Origin: Desulfobacteraceae bacterium
GTDB lineage: Bacteria; Desulfobacterota; Desulfobacteria; Desulfobacterales; Desulfobacteraceae
Assembly (NCBI GenBank): GCA_041685935.1
Contig: JAWLES010000001.1
Span: 1-62,291, forward strand
Reading direction: 5' to 3'
DNA length: 62,291 nucleotides
A program made the position numbers and the translations under genes. Every line of letters starts with the position of its first letter. Position 1 is the stretch's first letter. Positions 48,557 to 57,537 of the stretch are shown piece after piece. The notes below the pieces were generated by a model. That model searched no databases. It saw nothing but the letters and a program-made list of their open reading frames with translations, and had not been told where the DNA came from.

Positions 48557-48606
48557 GAAAGAAAAAAAGTCAATAGTTTTGTTTTAACAGCCCGAAAGGA
48601 GTTTTC

Positions 48607-50427
48607 ATGCAGTGTATTGATGTGGATCTTTCAGCAGGGACGGTGTCCCTGCATTCGCTGGATGACCGAATCCTGGAAAATTTTGTCGGAGGAAGCGGAA
48701 TCGGAGCCTGTATCGCCTGCCGGGAAAAACTCTGGAAGTATGACCCCTTATCAGCCGGAAACGTTCTTGTCTTTGCCGCAGGTCCGTTTACAGGTACGAA
48801 AATTCCATGTTCCGGAAGGCATTCTTTAACTGCCAGGTCTCCGCTCACCGGCCTTTTTGCCGAAAGCGACGTCGGCGGAAGATGGGGGACCGCGCTTGTG
48901 AAATGCGGATTTCATGTCATAACTGTAAGAGGTGCCTGTGACAGGCCTGTTTATCTGGAAGTTTCCCCTTCCGGGTGCAGGATACTCAATGCCGGTGAAA
49001 TATGGGGCATGGATACCTTTGATACCTCGGGCAGGCTTCAGGAAGTACACGGGGAAAAAACCGCTGTTTCGTGCATCGGACCTGCAGGGGAAAGGCTTGT
49101 GCGGTTAGCGTCAGTGATGCATGACGGCAGTGATGCCAGGGCTGCGGGAAGGTGCGGGCTCGGCGCTGTTATGGGGTCGAAAAAGCTGAAGGCGGTTGCA
49201 GTGGTTCGGGCAGGCAAAACAGTGGCAGGCAGGAACAGGGATCTGGAAAGAATGATACCGGCAATGCATCGGAAGGTTATGGACGCCGGAAAAGGATTGA
49301 GAAGCTGCGGGACCGCCGGAGGTTTTGTACAGCTTGAAAAAAGCGGGGATCTGCCGGTGAAAAACTTCACCGAAGGTGAATTCAGCTCGGCCGATCGCCT
49401 GGATGGTTCCGTGGTGTCTGAAAAGTACCTTAAAAAGAAGTACTCCTGCGGAGCCTGCCCTGTGGGATGCGGCCGTGTTGTTGAAATGAATGATGAACAA
49501 TTCGGAAGTGTGAAGGGAGCAGGGCCTGAATATGAAAGCACGGCATCACTTGGGAGTTACTGCATGGTGGATGACCTTGAGGCCGTGATAAAGGCGAATG
49601 ATCTTTGCAACCGGTACGGTATGGATACCATTTCCGCGGGTGCGGCGGTTTCCTTTGCCATGGAGGCGTTTGAAAAGGGATTGCTGACACCGGCTGATCT
49701 CGGAGGCGGGGACCTTCAATGGGGGGATGCCGGAAAAATGGTTCAGGTGGTTGAATCCATAGGCACGGCTGAAGGTATCGGCCGACTTCTCGGCATGGGG
49801 GTCAGGCATGCCGCGGAACGGCTTGGCAGCGGAGCGGACCGGTTCGCCATGCATGTCAAGGGACTTGAGCTTCCCGCCCATGACCCGAGGGCGTATTTCA
49901 GCACTGCGGTTTCCTATGCCACATCGAGCCGGGGGGCCTGCCACCTGGCCGGCATGACCCATGTCATTGAAGACGCAGTCACCGTGCCTGAAATCGGGAT
50001 CAGTGAGACCCTGCCACGCTTTTCCAACGAGGGGAAAGGGAGGGCCGCAGCCCGAATGCAGGACATGATGGGGATATACGATTCTCTGAAGATCTGCAAG
50101 TTCGTCACCGGTACCTTAACCTTATCAGAGCTTGCCGAATGCCATACCGCAGTGACCGGCATAAAATCAACTGCCGATTCCCTGATGAAAGCGGGCGAGC
50201 GGATATTCAACATCAAGCGGCTGTTTAATTTCAAGTGCGGCATGCCCGGGGCGCAGGACACACTCCCGGACCGGATTCTTTCCGAACCCAGGCCCGCCGG
50301 AAGCGCAGCCGGGAAATTGCCTGACCTTTCAAAGATGCTGAAAGAGTATTACAAGGCAAGGCAGTGGGATGAAAACGGCAATCCACTTGAATCCACGTTA
50401 AAAAGACTGGAGCTTGACAGGTTATGA
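48607..50427 (+). CDS. aor: Aldehyde:ferredoxin oxidoreductase family (tungstopterin enzyme)
   Basis: AOR N-terminal domain (VGGSGIGA, FAAGPFTG, GLGAVMGSKKLKAV), the [4Fe-4S] Cys motif CGACPVGCGR, and a family-typical length of 606 aa. Confidence 0.85.
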   Translation: MQCIDVDLSAGTVSLHSLDDRILENFVGGSGIGACIACREKLWKYDPLSAGNVLVFAAGPFTGTKIPCSGRHSLTARSPLTGLFAESDVGGRWGTALVKCGFHVITVRGACDRPVYLEVSPSGCRILNAGEIWGMDTFDTSGRLQEVHGEKTAVSCIGPAGERLVRLASVMHDGSDARAAGRCGLGAVMGSKKLKAVAVVRAGKTVAGRNRDLERMIPAMHRKVMDAGKGLRSCGTAGGFVQLEKSGDLPVKNFTEGEFSSADRLDGSVVSEKYLKKKYSCGACPVGCGRVVEMNDEQFGSVKGAGPEYESTASLGSYCMVDDLEAVIKANDLCNRYGMDTISAGAAVSFAMEAFEKGLLTPADLGGGDLQWGDAGKMVQVVESIGTAEGIGRLLGMGVRHAAERLGSGADRFAMHVKGLELPAHDPRAYFSTAVSYATSSRGACHLAGMTHVIEDAVTVPEIGISETLPRFSNEGKGRAAARMQDMMGIYDSLKICKFVTGTLTLSELAECHTAVTGIKSTADSLMKAGERIFNIKRLFNFKCGMPGAQDTLPDRILSEPRPAGSAAGKLPDLSKMLKEYYKARQWDENGNPLESTLKRLELDRL

Positions 50428-51608
50428 CACGATTCAGACCAAGAATTAAGCTTTCCGAAACAAGAGCGGACTGGCACCACCCTACATCCATCAGGTTCGG
50501 AGCAGGGCGTATAAAGGAAATTCCTCACGTATGCTGGAGTTCCGGAATTTCGTCACCGTTGATTATAACCGATCACGGGGTTGCAAAACTGCCCTTTGTT
50601 AAAAAAATCATTGAACTGAATCAAAAAGAGAGTATTTTTACATCAGTATTTTCCGAAATTTATTCAGAGCCGGATTTTGATACGGTGAAAGCCGGAGCGG
50701 AAAGACTCAGGACGGGAGGTCATGACGGCGTCATAGCCCTGGGGGGCGGAAGCGCCCTTGACGCGGCCAAGGCTGTTGTACTGGCTGCGTCAGCCGGTCC
50801 TTCCAGGATATGGGAGTTTTCAGCATGCATTTCCGGTACACCGCATGTAAAGAAGAACATCCTGCCGATCATAGCCGTTCCCACCACAGCCGGAACCGGT
50901 TCGGAGGTGGATGCCAACGCAGTGATCACCGACAACGTACAGGGAAGAAAAACCAGTATCGCCCATTCGGAACTTTTGCCGAAAATGGTCATCGCAGACC
51001 CGGAGCTTACCCGGGGGCTCATTCCGTATCTTACTGCAGCCACCGGCATGGACGCGCTTTCACACAATATCGAAGCATTGAGCTGTCCGGTTTTTCACCC
51101 GGTACTGGACGGGGTTTCCCTGCAGGGTATTCGGTACATCAAAGAGGGGCTTGTTCCAGCCTTTCACAGCGGTCGAAGCATCAAGGCGAGAACTTATACC
51201 ATGGCTGCTTCCATAATGGGAGCCATTGCATTTGAAAAGGGCCTTGGTGTGGGACATGCGGTTTCCCATGCCATTGGCGGCATGTTCAAGGTCCATCACG
51301 GAAGAGCTATTGGAACCCTGCTTCCCTTTGTTCTGATACTGAACCGGTCCAGGATAAAAGAGAAAATAGAGGATGCGGCACGATACCTTGATCTTCCGGG
51401 CCATGACTTTGATGCATTTGTGGATTGGGTGGCGGCGTTGAAGCTTGAATTCGGTATGCCGGCTAATCTCAGGGAGCTCGGTATCCGGGAGAGCCATATC
51501 CCGAAAATTGCCGAGAAGGCCCTTTCCGACGCCAATATTTTTACAAACCCGGTGTGCATGGATCAAAAGCGGCTTGAAGAATTTCTTTCGGGAGCGCTTA
51601 ACGGATAA
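50424..51608 (+). CDS. Iron-containing (type III) alcohol dehydrogenase
   Basis: GGGSALDAAKAV, PTTAGTGSEV and metal-binding His residues (ALSHNIEAL, HAVSHAIG). ATGA overlap with aor. Confidence 0.85.
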   Translation: MTRFRPRIKLSETRADWHHPTSIRFGAGRIKEIPHVCWSSGISSPLIITDHGVAKLPFVKKIIELNQKESIFTSVFSEIYSEPDFDTVKAGAERLRTGGHDGVIALGGGSALDAAKAVVLAASAGPSRIWEFSACISGTPHVKKNILPIIAVPTTAGTGSEVDANAVITDNVQGRKTSIAHSELLPKMVIADPELTRGLIPYLTAATGMDALSHNIEALSCPVFHPVLDGVSLQGIRYIKEGLVPAFHSGRSIKARTYTMAASIMGAIAFEKGLGVGHAVSHAIGGMFKVHHGRAIGTLLPFVLILNRSRIKEKIEDAARYLDLPGHDFDAFVDWVAALKLEFGMPANLRELGIRESHIPKIAEKALSDANIFTNPVCMDQKRLEEFLSGALNG

Positions 51609-51642
51609 AGTTGTTGACAGGTTTTGTTACATATTGTATTAA
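51609..51642 (+). promoter_or_regulatory. Shared motif copy 2, overlapping a candidate promoter for the mttB-like/opu unit
   Basis: AGTTGTTGACAGGTTTTGTTACATAT at 51609-51634, containing TTGACA (51614-51619), a 17-nt spacer and TATTAA (51637-51642). It begins 1 nt after the ADH stop. Confidence 0.5.
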
Positions 51643-51714
51643 AAACTGTCAGAGTCGAAAATCAAATTGTTTTCGGTGATCCGCCTTTTTTAATTTTCCA
51701 TACTGGAGGACGAT

Positions 51715-52929
51715 ATGGACAAAAAGCAGATTGAAACGTCAACATCACTTCTGGGGAAAAATACGGTAGAGATGCTGCTGCAGACCCACAAGGATTCCCT
51801 GTGGATGCTTGAAAATCTGGGCGTGGGGTGTGAACAGCCCGATATCATGGAAGCGTTCCGGGTGTATGAGGAAGACGGCAGGGCGATTGTATATGACGGC
51901 CGAGTATATATTACTGAAAGCCTTGTGTCTGAACTGATTGACAGAGCACCGGGCATAGATGAGTTTTTTGTTCCCAGAAACAGTTTTCTGATCGGCGGAA
52001 CAGCGCCGTACCTGTATGATGATGAAAAAAAGCAGGGCGGTAAAATGCCCACGGCAGAAGATGTTGCGACTATCGCGCGTATCGCGGAGAAAAGCGGTAT
52101 GGTCGCCGGAATGGGAAGAGGGGTAAAGCTCAAGGACGAGGTCGAGCAGATCAACCTGATGGCCGAGAACTGCACCAAGCCGCTGTATTTCGCTGCAACC
52201 AACGATAAGGCCATTGCCCGGGCCAAGGAACTGCATGCCGTCCGGAAAAACCTGATGGTGGTTTTCTGTCTGACCAGGCCGCCGCTCCAGGTGAACGAGA
52301 ATTTTTCCCAGGCGTTTGTGGACGTGGTGAAAAATGATCTGCCTGTGTTTATATCCGCCATGCCCCTTGCAGGCATCAGTGCGCCTTATTCCTACAACGG
52401 CGTGCTTTCCATGACCCATGCCGAAGTGCTGTTCGGTATATGCGCGGCCCAGCTCATCAACCCGGGATCCACGGTCATCCACGCGGGATTTCCCACGGTG
52501 GCCGACCCGAAGCATGAGTACAACCCGGATTACGGCTTGAAAAGTCATCAATTGTTGAATATACTGATGGCACACTTGAACATGATGCTTGATCTGCCCT
52601 CCATTCAGAGCGGGGGGACGACGAATGAAGAGCATCCCACGGAAAGGGCGTTTGAAGACGCCAGAAACGGGCAGGCACTTGCACTGAAATACGGGTTTCA
52701 TATGATTCGGCACCCGTTCGCTTTTCTCAAGCAGCTTGTGGATTTTTCCATTTACAAGCTTGAAAAGGCGATCGAAATCGCTGAAAACGTAAAACCGGAA
52801 GATGCTCCGGAGGTTGATATGCCCGAGTACGACGAGCGGGGGTTTCAATCCATACAGGAGCGACAGCTGCGGATGTACATGGATGATCCGCTGACCACTT
52901 CCAACATGAGCAAAATATTCATGTACTGA
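51715..52929 (+). CDS. MttB-superfamily methyltransferase, non-pyrrolysine type (possible quaternary-amine:corrinoid methyltransferase)
   Basis: By-eye alignment to M. barkeri MttB (recalled): PVFISAMPLAGISAPYSYNGVLSMTHAEVLFGICAAQLINPGSTV aligns with [45 protein letters not shown]. The Pyl position reads SGGTTNE with no in-frame TAG. At 404 aa it is shorter than typical MttB. Confidence 0.6.
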   Translation: MDKKQIETSTSLLGKNTVEMLLQTHKDSLWMLENLGVGCEQPDIMEAFRVYEEDGRAIVYDGRVYITESLVSELIDRAPGIDEFFVPRNSFLIGGTAPYLYDDEKKQGGKMPTAEDVATIARIAEKSGMVAGMGRGVKLKDEVEQINLMAENCTKPLYFAATNDKAIARAKELHAVRKNLMVVFCLTRPPLQVNENFSQAFVDVVKNDLPVFISAMPLAGISAPYSYNGVLSMTHAEVLFGICAAQLINPGSTVIHAGFPTVADPKHEYNPDYGLKSHQLLNILMAHLNMMLDLPSIQSGGTTNEEHPTERAFEDARNGQALALKYGFHMIRHPFAFLKQLVDFSIYKLEKAIEIAENVKPEDAPEVDMPEYDERGFQSIQERQLRMYMDDPLTTSNMSKIFMY

Positions 52930-53032
52930 TTTCTCCCGGATTTTTCAGGGGAAATCGGCCGGAAAAAATCTTTTCAGGAGAATCGCCACTGGTTTACTAA
53001 ATATACGGTAACTTTTTCAAAGGAGGTGGGAA

Positions 53033-54517
53033 ATGAAAACCAAGGTTCCGATTTGCCCTGCATGCAAAAAGGAATTACCTGAAGATGCAACCCAGTGTAC
53101 CTTTTGCTCGACAGAGGTGACAAAGCCGAAGTTCAGGGAGATTTTTTCCTGGAAGCTCTCTGACCGTTTTTTTCTGTTTTCCGTAATGCTGCTGTTTACG
53201 ACGTTTTTTCTTCCGTGGTTTCCCGGCCAGTTCCTTTACAGGGACGAACCCTTTTCCGCCTTTCAAATGCTTTTGAATCTATATGACCTGGAGGTGGGAT
53301 TTCTTGAATCTTTCAACATTCTCCGAATGTCCCAGATGGTTCCGCTTTTCGCCATCGTGGTCTTCTTTTTGATCTATATCGGGGATTATCTTAGAACCAC
53401 GCCGTATCCGGGCATTTTCATGTTTGTGATTATTCTGTACGGCGCAATCTCCTTCTTTTTTGACAATTTTTCAACGATAAATGCCTGGGTTGCCACGGCG
53501 GCATTGTTCGTGGTTGTTTTTTATTATTACAAATCCGGTATAAAAAAGGGAACAATCGGCAGGACATCGTATTACATGTTTTTTGTGCTGTTTCTGATAT
53601 CCTTGTTCCTGTATCTTTTCCATCTTTCCCAGACCTTTTATACAAGACTGGAAACCATTAATATAAACGAAACATACGGTTTTTTCAGTGCATGGATCAT
53701 TGTAAGCGCCATGATTGTTGTTGCCTTTTTCCGGTACATGGTGTCAACCGAGGATTTCTGGTGTCTTCTGGGAGTTTTCATATTTTCCCTGCTTGCATAT
53801 TCCAGTGTGGTCGAGCCCATTTTTGTGTCCGGTCCGTTACGGTTCTTTGCGGACAATTTCAGTAAAACCGGAATTCAGACGCTGGTGCACCTGAAAATCG
53901 TGGGAATTGCCCTTGCCATCGCCATTGTGGCCGGTGTCCCCCTAGGGGTTTACATTACCCGGCACCCTTTGGCCGCCAAAACCATTCTGTACATTTCAAG
54001 TGTCCTGATTACGATTCCCAGTATCGCCATGTTCGGTTTCATGATGCCTATCCTGTCGTCCATAGACAAGAACCTGGATATGGTCCAGGGGATCGGAATC
54101 GGTACGGTTCCGGCGGTGACGGCGCTGGCGCTGTATTCTCTTCTGCCGATTATACGGAACACGTACATTGCCCTGCAGAGTGTGGATACATCGATGATTG
54201 AAGCCGGAATCGGCATGGGGATGACCAGTTTCCAGCTTCTCGTCCGGGTGGAGCTGCCGCTGGCCGCTCCGATCATTATGGCCGGCGTACGGACATCTGT
54301 CGTCATGGGCGTTGCTATAGCGGCACTGGCGGCATATATCGGAGCCGGCGGCCTTGGCGACTTCGTTGTGCAGGGACTGCAGCGCTCAACCAATGCGTCG
54401 GTGCTGGCAGGCGCCATCAGCATGGGCCTTTTGGCCATCATCTGTGATATATTTCTGGAAAAGGCGGAGGACTGGGTAACCCCCACGGGATTAAAAGTGA
54501 AACAGGCAATGGAATAA
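53033..54517 (+). CDS. ABC permease (OpuCB/ProW-like BPD domain) fused to an N-terminal zinc-ribbon plus polytopic extension
   Basis: The C-terminal ~215 aa form a typical glycine betaine/choline permease domain (IPSIAMFGFMMPIL...EAGIGMGMTSFQLLVRVELPLA). The N-terminal ~270 aa contain CPAC...CTFC followed by about 7 hydrophobic segments. A strong RBS, AAAGGAGGTGGG, is present. Confidence 0.75.
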   Translation: MKTKVPICPACKKELPEDATQCTFCSTEVTKPKFREIFSWKLSDRFFLFSVMLLFTTFFLPWFPGQFLYRDEPFSAFQMLLNLYDLEVGFLESFNILRMSQMVPLFAIVVFFLIYIGDYLRTTPYPGIFMFVIILYGAISFFFDNFSTINAWVATAALFVVVFYYYKSGIKKGTIGRTSYYMFFVLFLISLFLYLFHLSQTFYTRLETININETYGFFSAWIIVSAMIVVAFFRYMVSTEDFWCLLGVFIFSLLAYSSVVEPIFVSGPLRFFADNFSKTGIQTLVHLKIVGIALAIAIVAGVPLGVYITRHPLAAKTILYISSVLITIPSIAMFGFMMPILSSIDKNLDMVQGIGIGTVPAVTALALYSLLPIIRNTYIALQSVDTSMIEAGIGMGMTSFQLLVRVELPLAAPIIMAGVRTSVVMGVAIAALAAYIGAGGLGDFVVQGLQRSTNASVLAGAISMGLLAIICDIFLEKAEDWVTPTGLKVKQAME

Positions 54518-54536
54518 ACCGGGGAGATAAAGAATT

Positions 54537-55643
54537 ATGGGTACGATGCTAAAACTGGACAAAGTGACAAAAATATATCCGGGAACGGATTTCCGGGCTG
54601 TTGATGAACTCTCGTTCGAGCTTGAAGAGGGAGAAATCTGTATTCTGGTAGGTCCTTCCGGATGCGGCAAAACCACAGCCATGAAGATGATCAACAGGCT
54701 GCATCCCGTTACAAGCGGGAAGATATATATAGACGGCCAGGATGTCTCGAGTATGGATACCATTCAGTTGAGAAGACGGATCGGATACGTGATTCAGAAC
54801 GTGGGGCTGTTTCCCAATATGACCATCGCGGAAAACATCAGTGTAATCCCGAACCTGCTCAAATGGGACAAAAAGAAAATCAACGAAAGGGTGCACAGTC
54901 TTCTGGAAATCGTGAATCTTTCCGCTGAAGAGTACAGGGACCGGTATCCAAGGGAGCTTTCAGGCGGGCAGCAGCAGAGGATAGGTGTTGCGCGCGGAAT
55001 GGCCGGAGATCCGCCCATCATGCTCATGGACGAGCCTTTCGGCGCCATTGATCCCATCAACCGGGAGCATCTGCAGAATGAATTTTTAAAAATTCAGGAA
55101 AAGGTGAAAAAGACCATCGTGTTTGTCACACACGATATCGACGAAGCTATTAAAATGGGTGACAAAATCTGCCTTCTGCAGGACGGAAAACTGGTTCAGT
55201 TCGCTTCCCCCGAGGAGATGCTCACCCACCCGAAAAATGATTTCGTCCGGGATTTTGTGGGCGGCGACCGGACCATAAAACGGCTGAACCTTTTCTCCAT
55301 CAGTAAGGTGATGAGGGATGACCCGCCTTTGGTTCAGGCTTCAGCCGGTCTTGAAGAGGCCAGAAGCAGGTTGTCCGAATACGGGACCGATTATCTCGTG
55401 GTCCTGGATGAGAACGGCAGGCTGGCCGGACTTGCGGCAGACGAAGATCTTCAAAAAAAGGGGGGTGCAGTGGCGGATGTGGTACAGAGCACCAGAGCTT
55501 ATCTTGACGGCACGGCAAGTCTGAAAGAGGCTCTTTCGGGACTTTTCACCCATGACACCGGATTTCTTATCGTGGTGGACGGCGACAAAAAGGTCACGGG
55601 CTGGCTTGATACCAATGATATCAAAAAGGCGCTCAAGGACTGA
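54537..55643 (+). CDS. Glycine betaine/carnitine/choline ABC transporter ATP-binding protein with tandem CBS domains
   Basis: Walker A GPSGCGKTT, LSGGQQQRIGVAR and LMDEPFGAID. The C-terminal ~120 aa are a CBS pair. OpuCA/OsmV-like. Confidence 0.9.
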   Translation: MGTMLKLDKVTKIYPGTDFRAVDELSFELEEGEICILVGPSGCGKTTAMKMINRLHPVTSGKIYIDGQDVSSMDTIQLRRRIGYVIQNVGLFPNMTIAENISVIPNLLKWDKKKINERVHSLLEIVNLSAEEYRDRYPRELSGGQQQRIGVARGMAGDPPIMLMDEPFGAIDPINREHLQNEFLKIQEKVKKTIVFVTHDIDEAIKMGDKICLLQDGKLVQFASPEEMLTHPKNDFVRDFVGGDRTIKRLNLFSISKVMRDDPPLVQASAGLEEARSRLSEYGTDYLVVLDENGRLAGLAADEDLQKKGGAVADVVQSTRAYLDGTASLKEALSGLFTHDTGFLIVVDGDKKVTGWLDTNDIKKALKD

Positions 55644-55699
55644 CGATCAAAGGTTGTTTGCCTTGAAAAAAACAATCAATCAGACAAGGGATTGTAAAA

Positions 55700-56470
55700 A
55701 TGAATTCAAAGGTTTTTTTTCAGATTGCAAGAAAAGGGCTGCCCGCCATTGTTACGGTGGCGGTCATTATCTTCCTTTATAAAACCTACGGGGCCTGGGA
55801 ATACACCGTGGAAAATCTGCCGGAATTTTTCAAGCTGACATACGAACACTTGGTGCTGGTGCTGATCACCATGTGTTTTTCCATAAGTATCGGTGTTACC
55901 CTGGGAACCCTTATGACAAGAGAAGGGTGGGAGAAAATTTCTCCCGTGATCATGGCGGTGGTCAATGTATGGCAGTCGATCCCGTCCCTGGGTGTAATCG
56001 CGCTTGCATACGGTATTCTTCCGATGATCGGTCTTTCGGGAATCGGTTTGATTCCGGCACTCATTGCTATTTTTACTTTTTCCGTGGCTCCGGTGGTGAG
56101 AAATACGTATGCCGGAATCGAGTCGGTGAGTTCGGATATAAAAGAGGCTGCAACAGGTATGGGCATGACCAAACAGCAGATCCTCTTCCGGATCGAGCTG
56201 CCGAACGCGCTTCCAATCATTATGGGCGGTGTCAGAACCTCCACGGCCCTTGTTGTGGGGACGGCCCCGCTGGCCTTCCTTATCGGCGGAGGAGGCCTGG
56301 GGTTCTGGATTTTCACGGGCATAGCCCTTGTGGACATGGGCATCATGACGGCCGGAGCCGTGCCTGTGGCCCTGATCGCCATGCTGTTCGATTTTATTTT
56401 GGAAATTGTGGAAAAAATTATTGTGAGCAGAGGAGTACAGGCGGACGAGGCCCAGCTGGCGGCATTGTAA
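55700..56470 (+). CDS. Glycine betaine/carnitine/choline ABC transporter permease
   Basis: BPD-type permease with EAATGMGMTKQQILFRIELPNALP (EAA loop). Confidence 0.85.
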   Translation: MNSKVFFQIARKGLPAIVTVAVIIFLYKTYGAWEYTVENLPEFFKLTYEHLVLVLITMCFSISIGVTLGTLMTREGWEKISPVIMAVVNVWQSIPSLGVIALAYGILPMIGLSGIGLIPALIAIFTFSVAPVVRNTYAGIESVSSDIKEAATGMGMTKQQILFRIELPNALPIIMGGVRTSTALVVGTAPLAFLIGGGGLGFWIFTGIALVDMGIMTAGAVPVALIAMLFDFILEIVEKIIVSRGVQADEAQLAAL

Positions 56471-56537
56471 GGTGCGCCGGGTTTTGCTGTCTGTTGTGTG
56501 TATATATAAATTTTAAAATTGTAAGGAGGTATGTCAA

Positions 56538-57461
56538 ATGAAAAGGTTGACCTTTATTTTTACCACACTGGCATTTTTGCTGGCATCCACGGTTTCTTTC
56601 GCAGGGCCGGGTGTGAAGGTGGCATCCAAAAATTTTACGGAACAGCTGGTCTTAGGTCAGATCATGGTGCAGCTGCTGAAAGACAGGGATATTCCGGTGG
56701 TGGACAAGACAAACCTGGGCGGCACCCAGGTGAACCGCAATGCCCTGAAAGAGGGACAGATCGATGTGTACATGGAATATACCGGAACCGCATGGATTAC
56801 CCATTTCGGCAAAGAGGAGGTTGTTCGTGATTCAAACGAGCTTTATGAAAAAGTCAAGACCCTTGACCGGGAAAAGAATAATTTGGTCTGGCTTGAACCC
56901 TGTAAGTTCAACAATACTTATGCCATTATCATGAAAGAGGAGACGGCTGCGGAACACAACATCTCCACGCTTTCCGAATGGGCTGAGTTCATCGAGGAAA
57001 ATCCGGGGAAAATGACCGTAGCCGTGGGCCCGGAGTTTTATTCCAGAGTGGATGGGTTTAAAGGTATGATGGGCCATTACAACCTTGAGTTCGGAGAGGA
57101 TATACCGGATTCGGATGTGAGCAAGATGGAAATCGCCCTGACCAAAAAATCTGTAAGGGACGGCAAGGCCATGTGCGGTATGGCGTTTGCCACTGACAGC
57201 GCCATCATCGACTATGGACTTCGGGTTCTCGAGGATGACAAGAATTATTTTCCCATTTACAATCCAGCCCCGGTTGTGCGCAAGGAGGTCCTGGACCAGT
57301 ATCCAAAGCTGGCGTATACCCTGAACCAGATCGGGACTTCCCTGGATACCGCCACCATGCAGCGGCTGAACTACCGGGTTAACGCAAACGGAGAAAAGCC
57401 TTCATCCGTTGCCCAAAGCTGGCTTGAAGGCGTGGGGCTGATAACTAAAAAACGGAAATAA
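56538..57461 (+). CDS. Quaternary-amine (glycine betaine/choline) substrate-binding protein, OpuAC-fold (OpuCC/OsmX-like)
   Basis: Signal peptide. VASKNFTEQLVLGQIM, DVYMEYTGTAW and YAIIM are typical of OpuCC-type binding proteins. Confidence 0.85.
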   Translation: MKRLTFIFTTLAFLLASTVSFAGPGVKVASKNFTEQLVLGQIMVQLLKDRDIPVVDKTNLGGTQVNRNALKEGQIDVYMEYTGTAWITHFGKEEVVRDSNELYEKVKTLDREKNNLVWLEPCKFNNTYAIIMKEETAAEHNISTLSEWAEFIEENPGKMTVAVGPEFYSRVDGFKGMMGHYNLEFGEDIPDSDVSKMEIALTKKSVRDGKAMCGMAFATDSAIIDYGLRVLEDDKNYFPIYNPAPVVRKEVLDQYPKLAYTLNQIGTSLDTATMQRLNYRVNANGEKPSSVAQSWLEGVGLITKKRK

Positions 57462-57498
57462 CAGCAATGCCCTTTTGGCTGAAGTAATTGTAAAAAAA

Positions 57499-57537
57499 AC
57501 AAACCCGGAGAAGTTACAGCCTCCGGGTTTGTTTTTT
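57499..57537. terminator. Bidirectional intrinsic terminator
   Basis: Perfect 10-bp stem AAACCCGGAG / CTCCGGGTTT with a 10-nt loop. An A-run lies 5' and a T-run 3'. It sits between the opu operon end and the convergent ParB-like gene. Confidence 0.8.

Noticed and set aside
51690-52848. Two long minus-strand ORFs (228 aa and 367 aa).
   Set aside because: Both are antisense to the MttB-family gene, which aligns to MttB. They have Ser/Arg/His-rich low-complexity translations and no RBS context.
51715-52929. Possible pyrrolysine (in-frame TAG) in the MttB homolog.
   Set aside because: The frame has no internal TAG and ends in TGA, and no pyl genes are in the window. It is a non-Pyl member.
55786-56541. 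198-aa minus-strand and 222-aa plus-strand alternative-frame ORFs.
   Set aside because: Both overlap the well-supported Opu permease gene (EAA loop present) and are Gly/Arg-rich frame artefacts.
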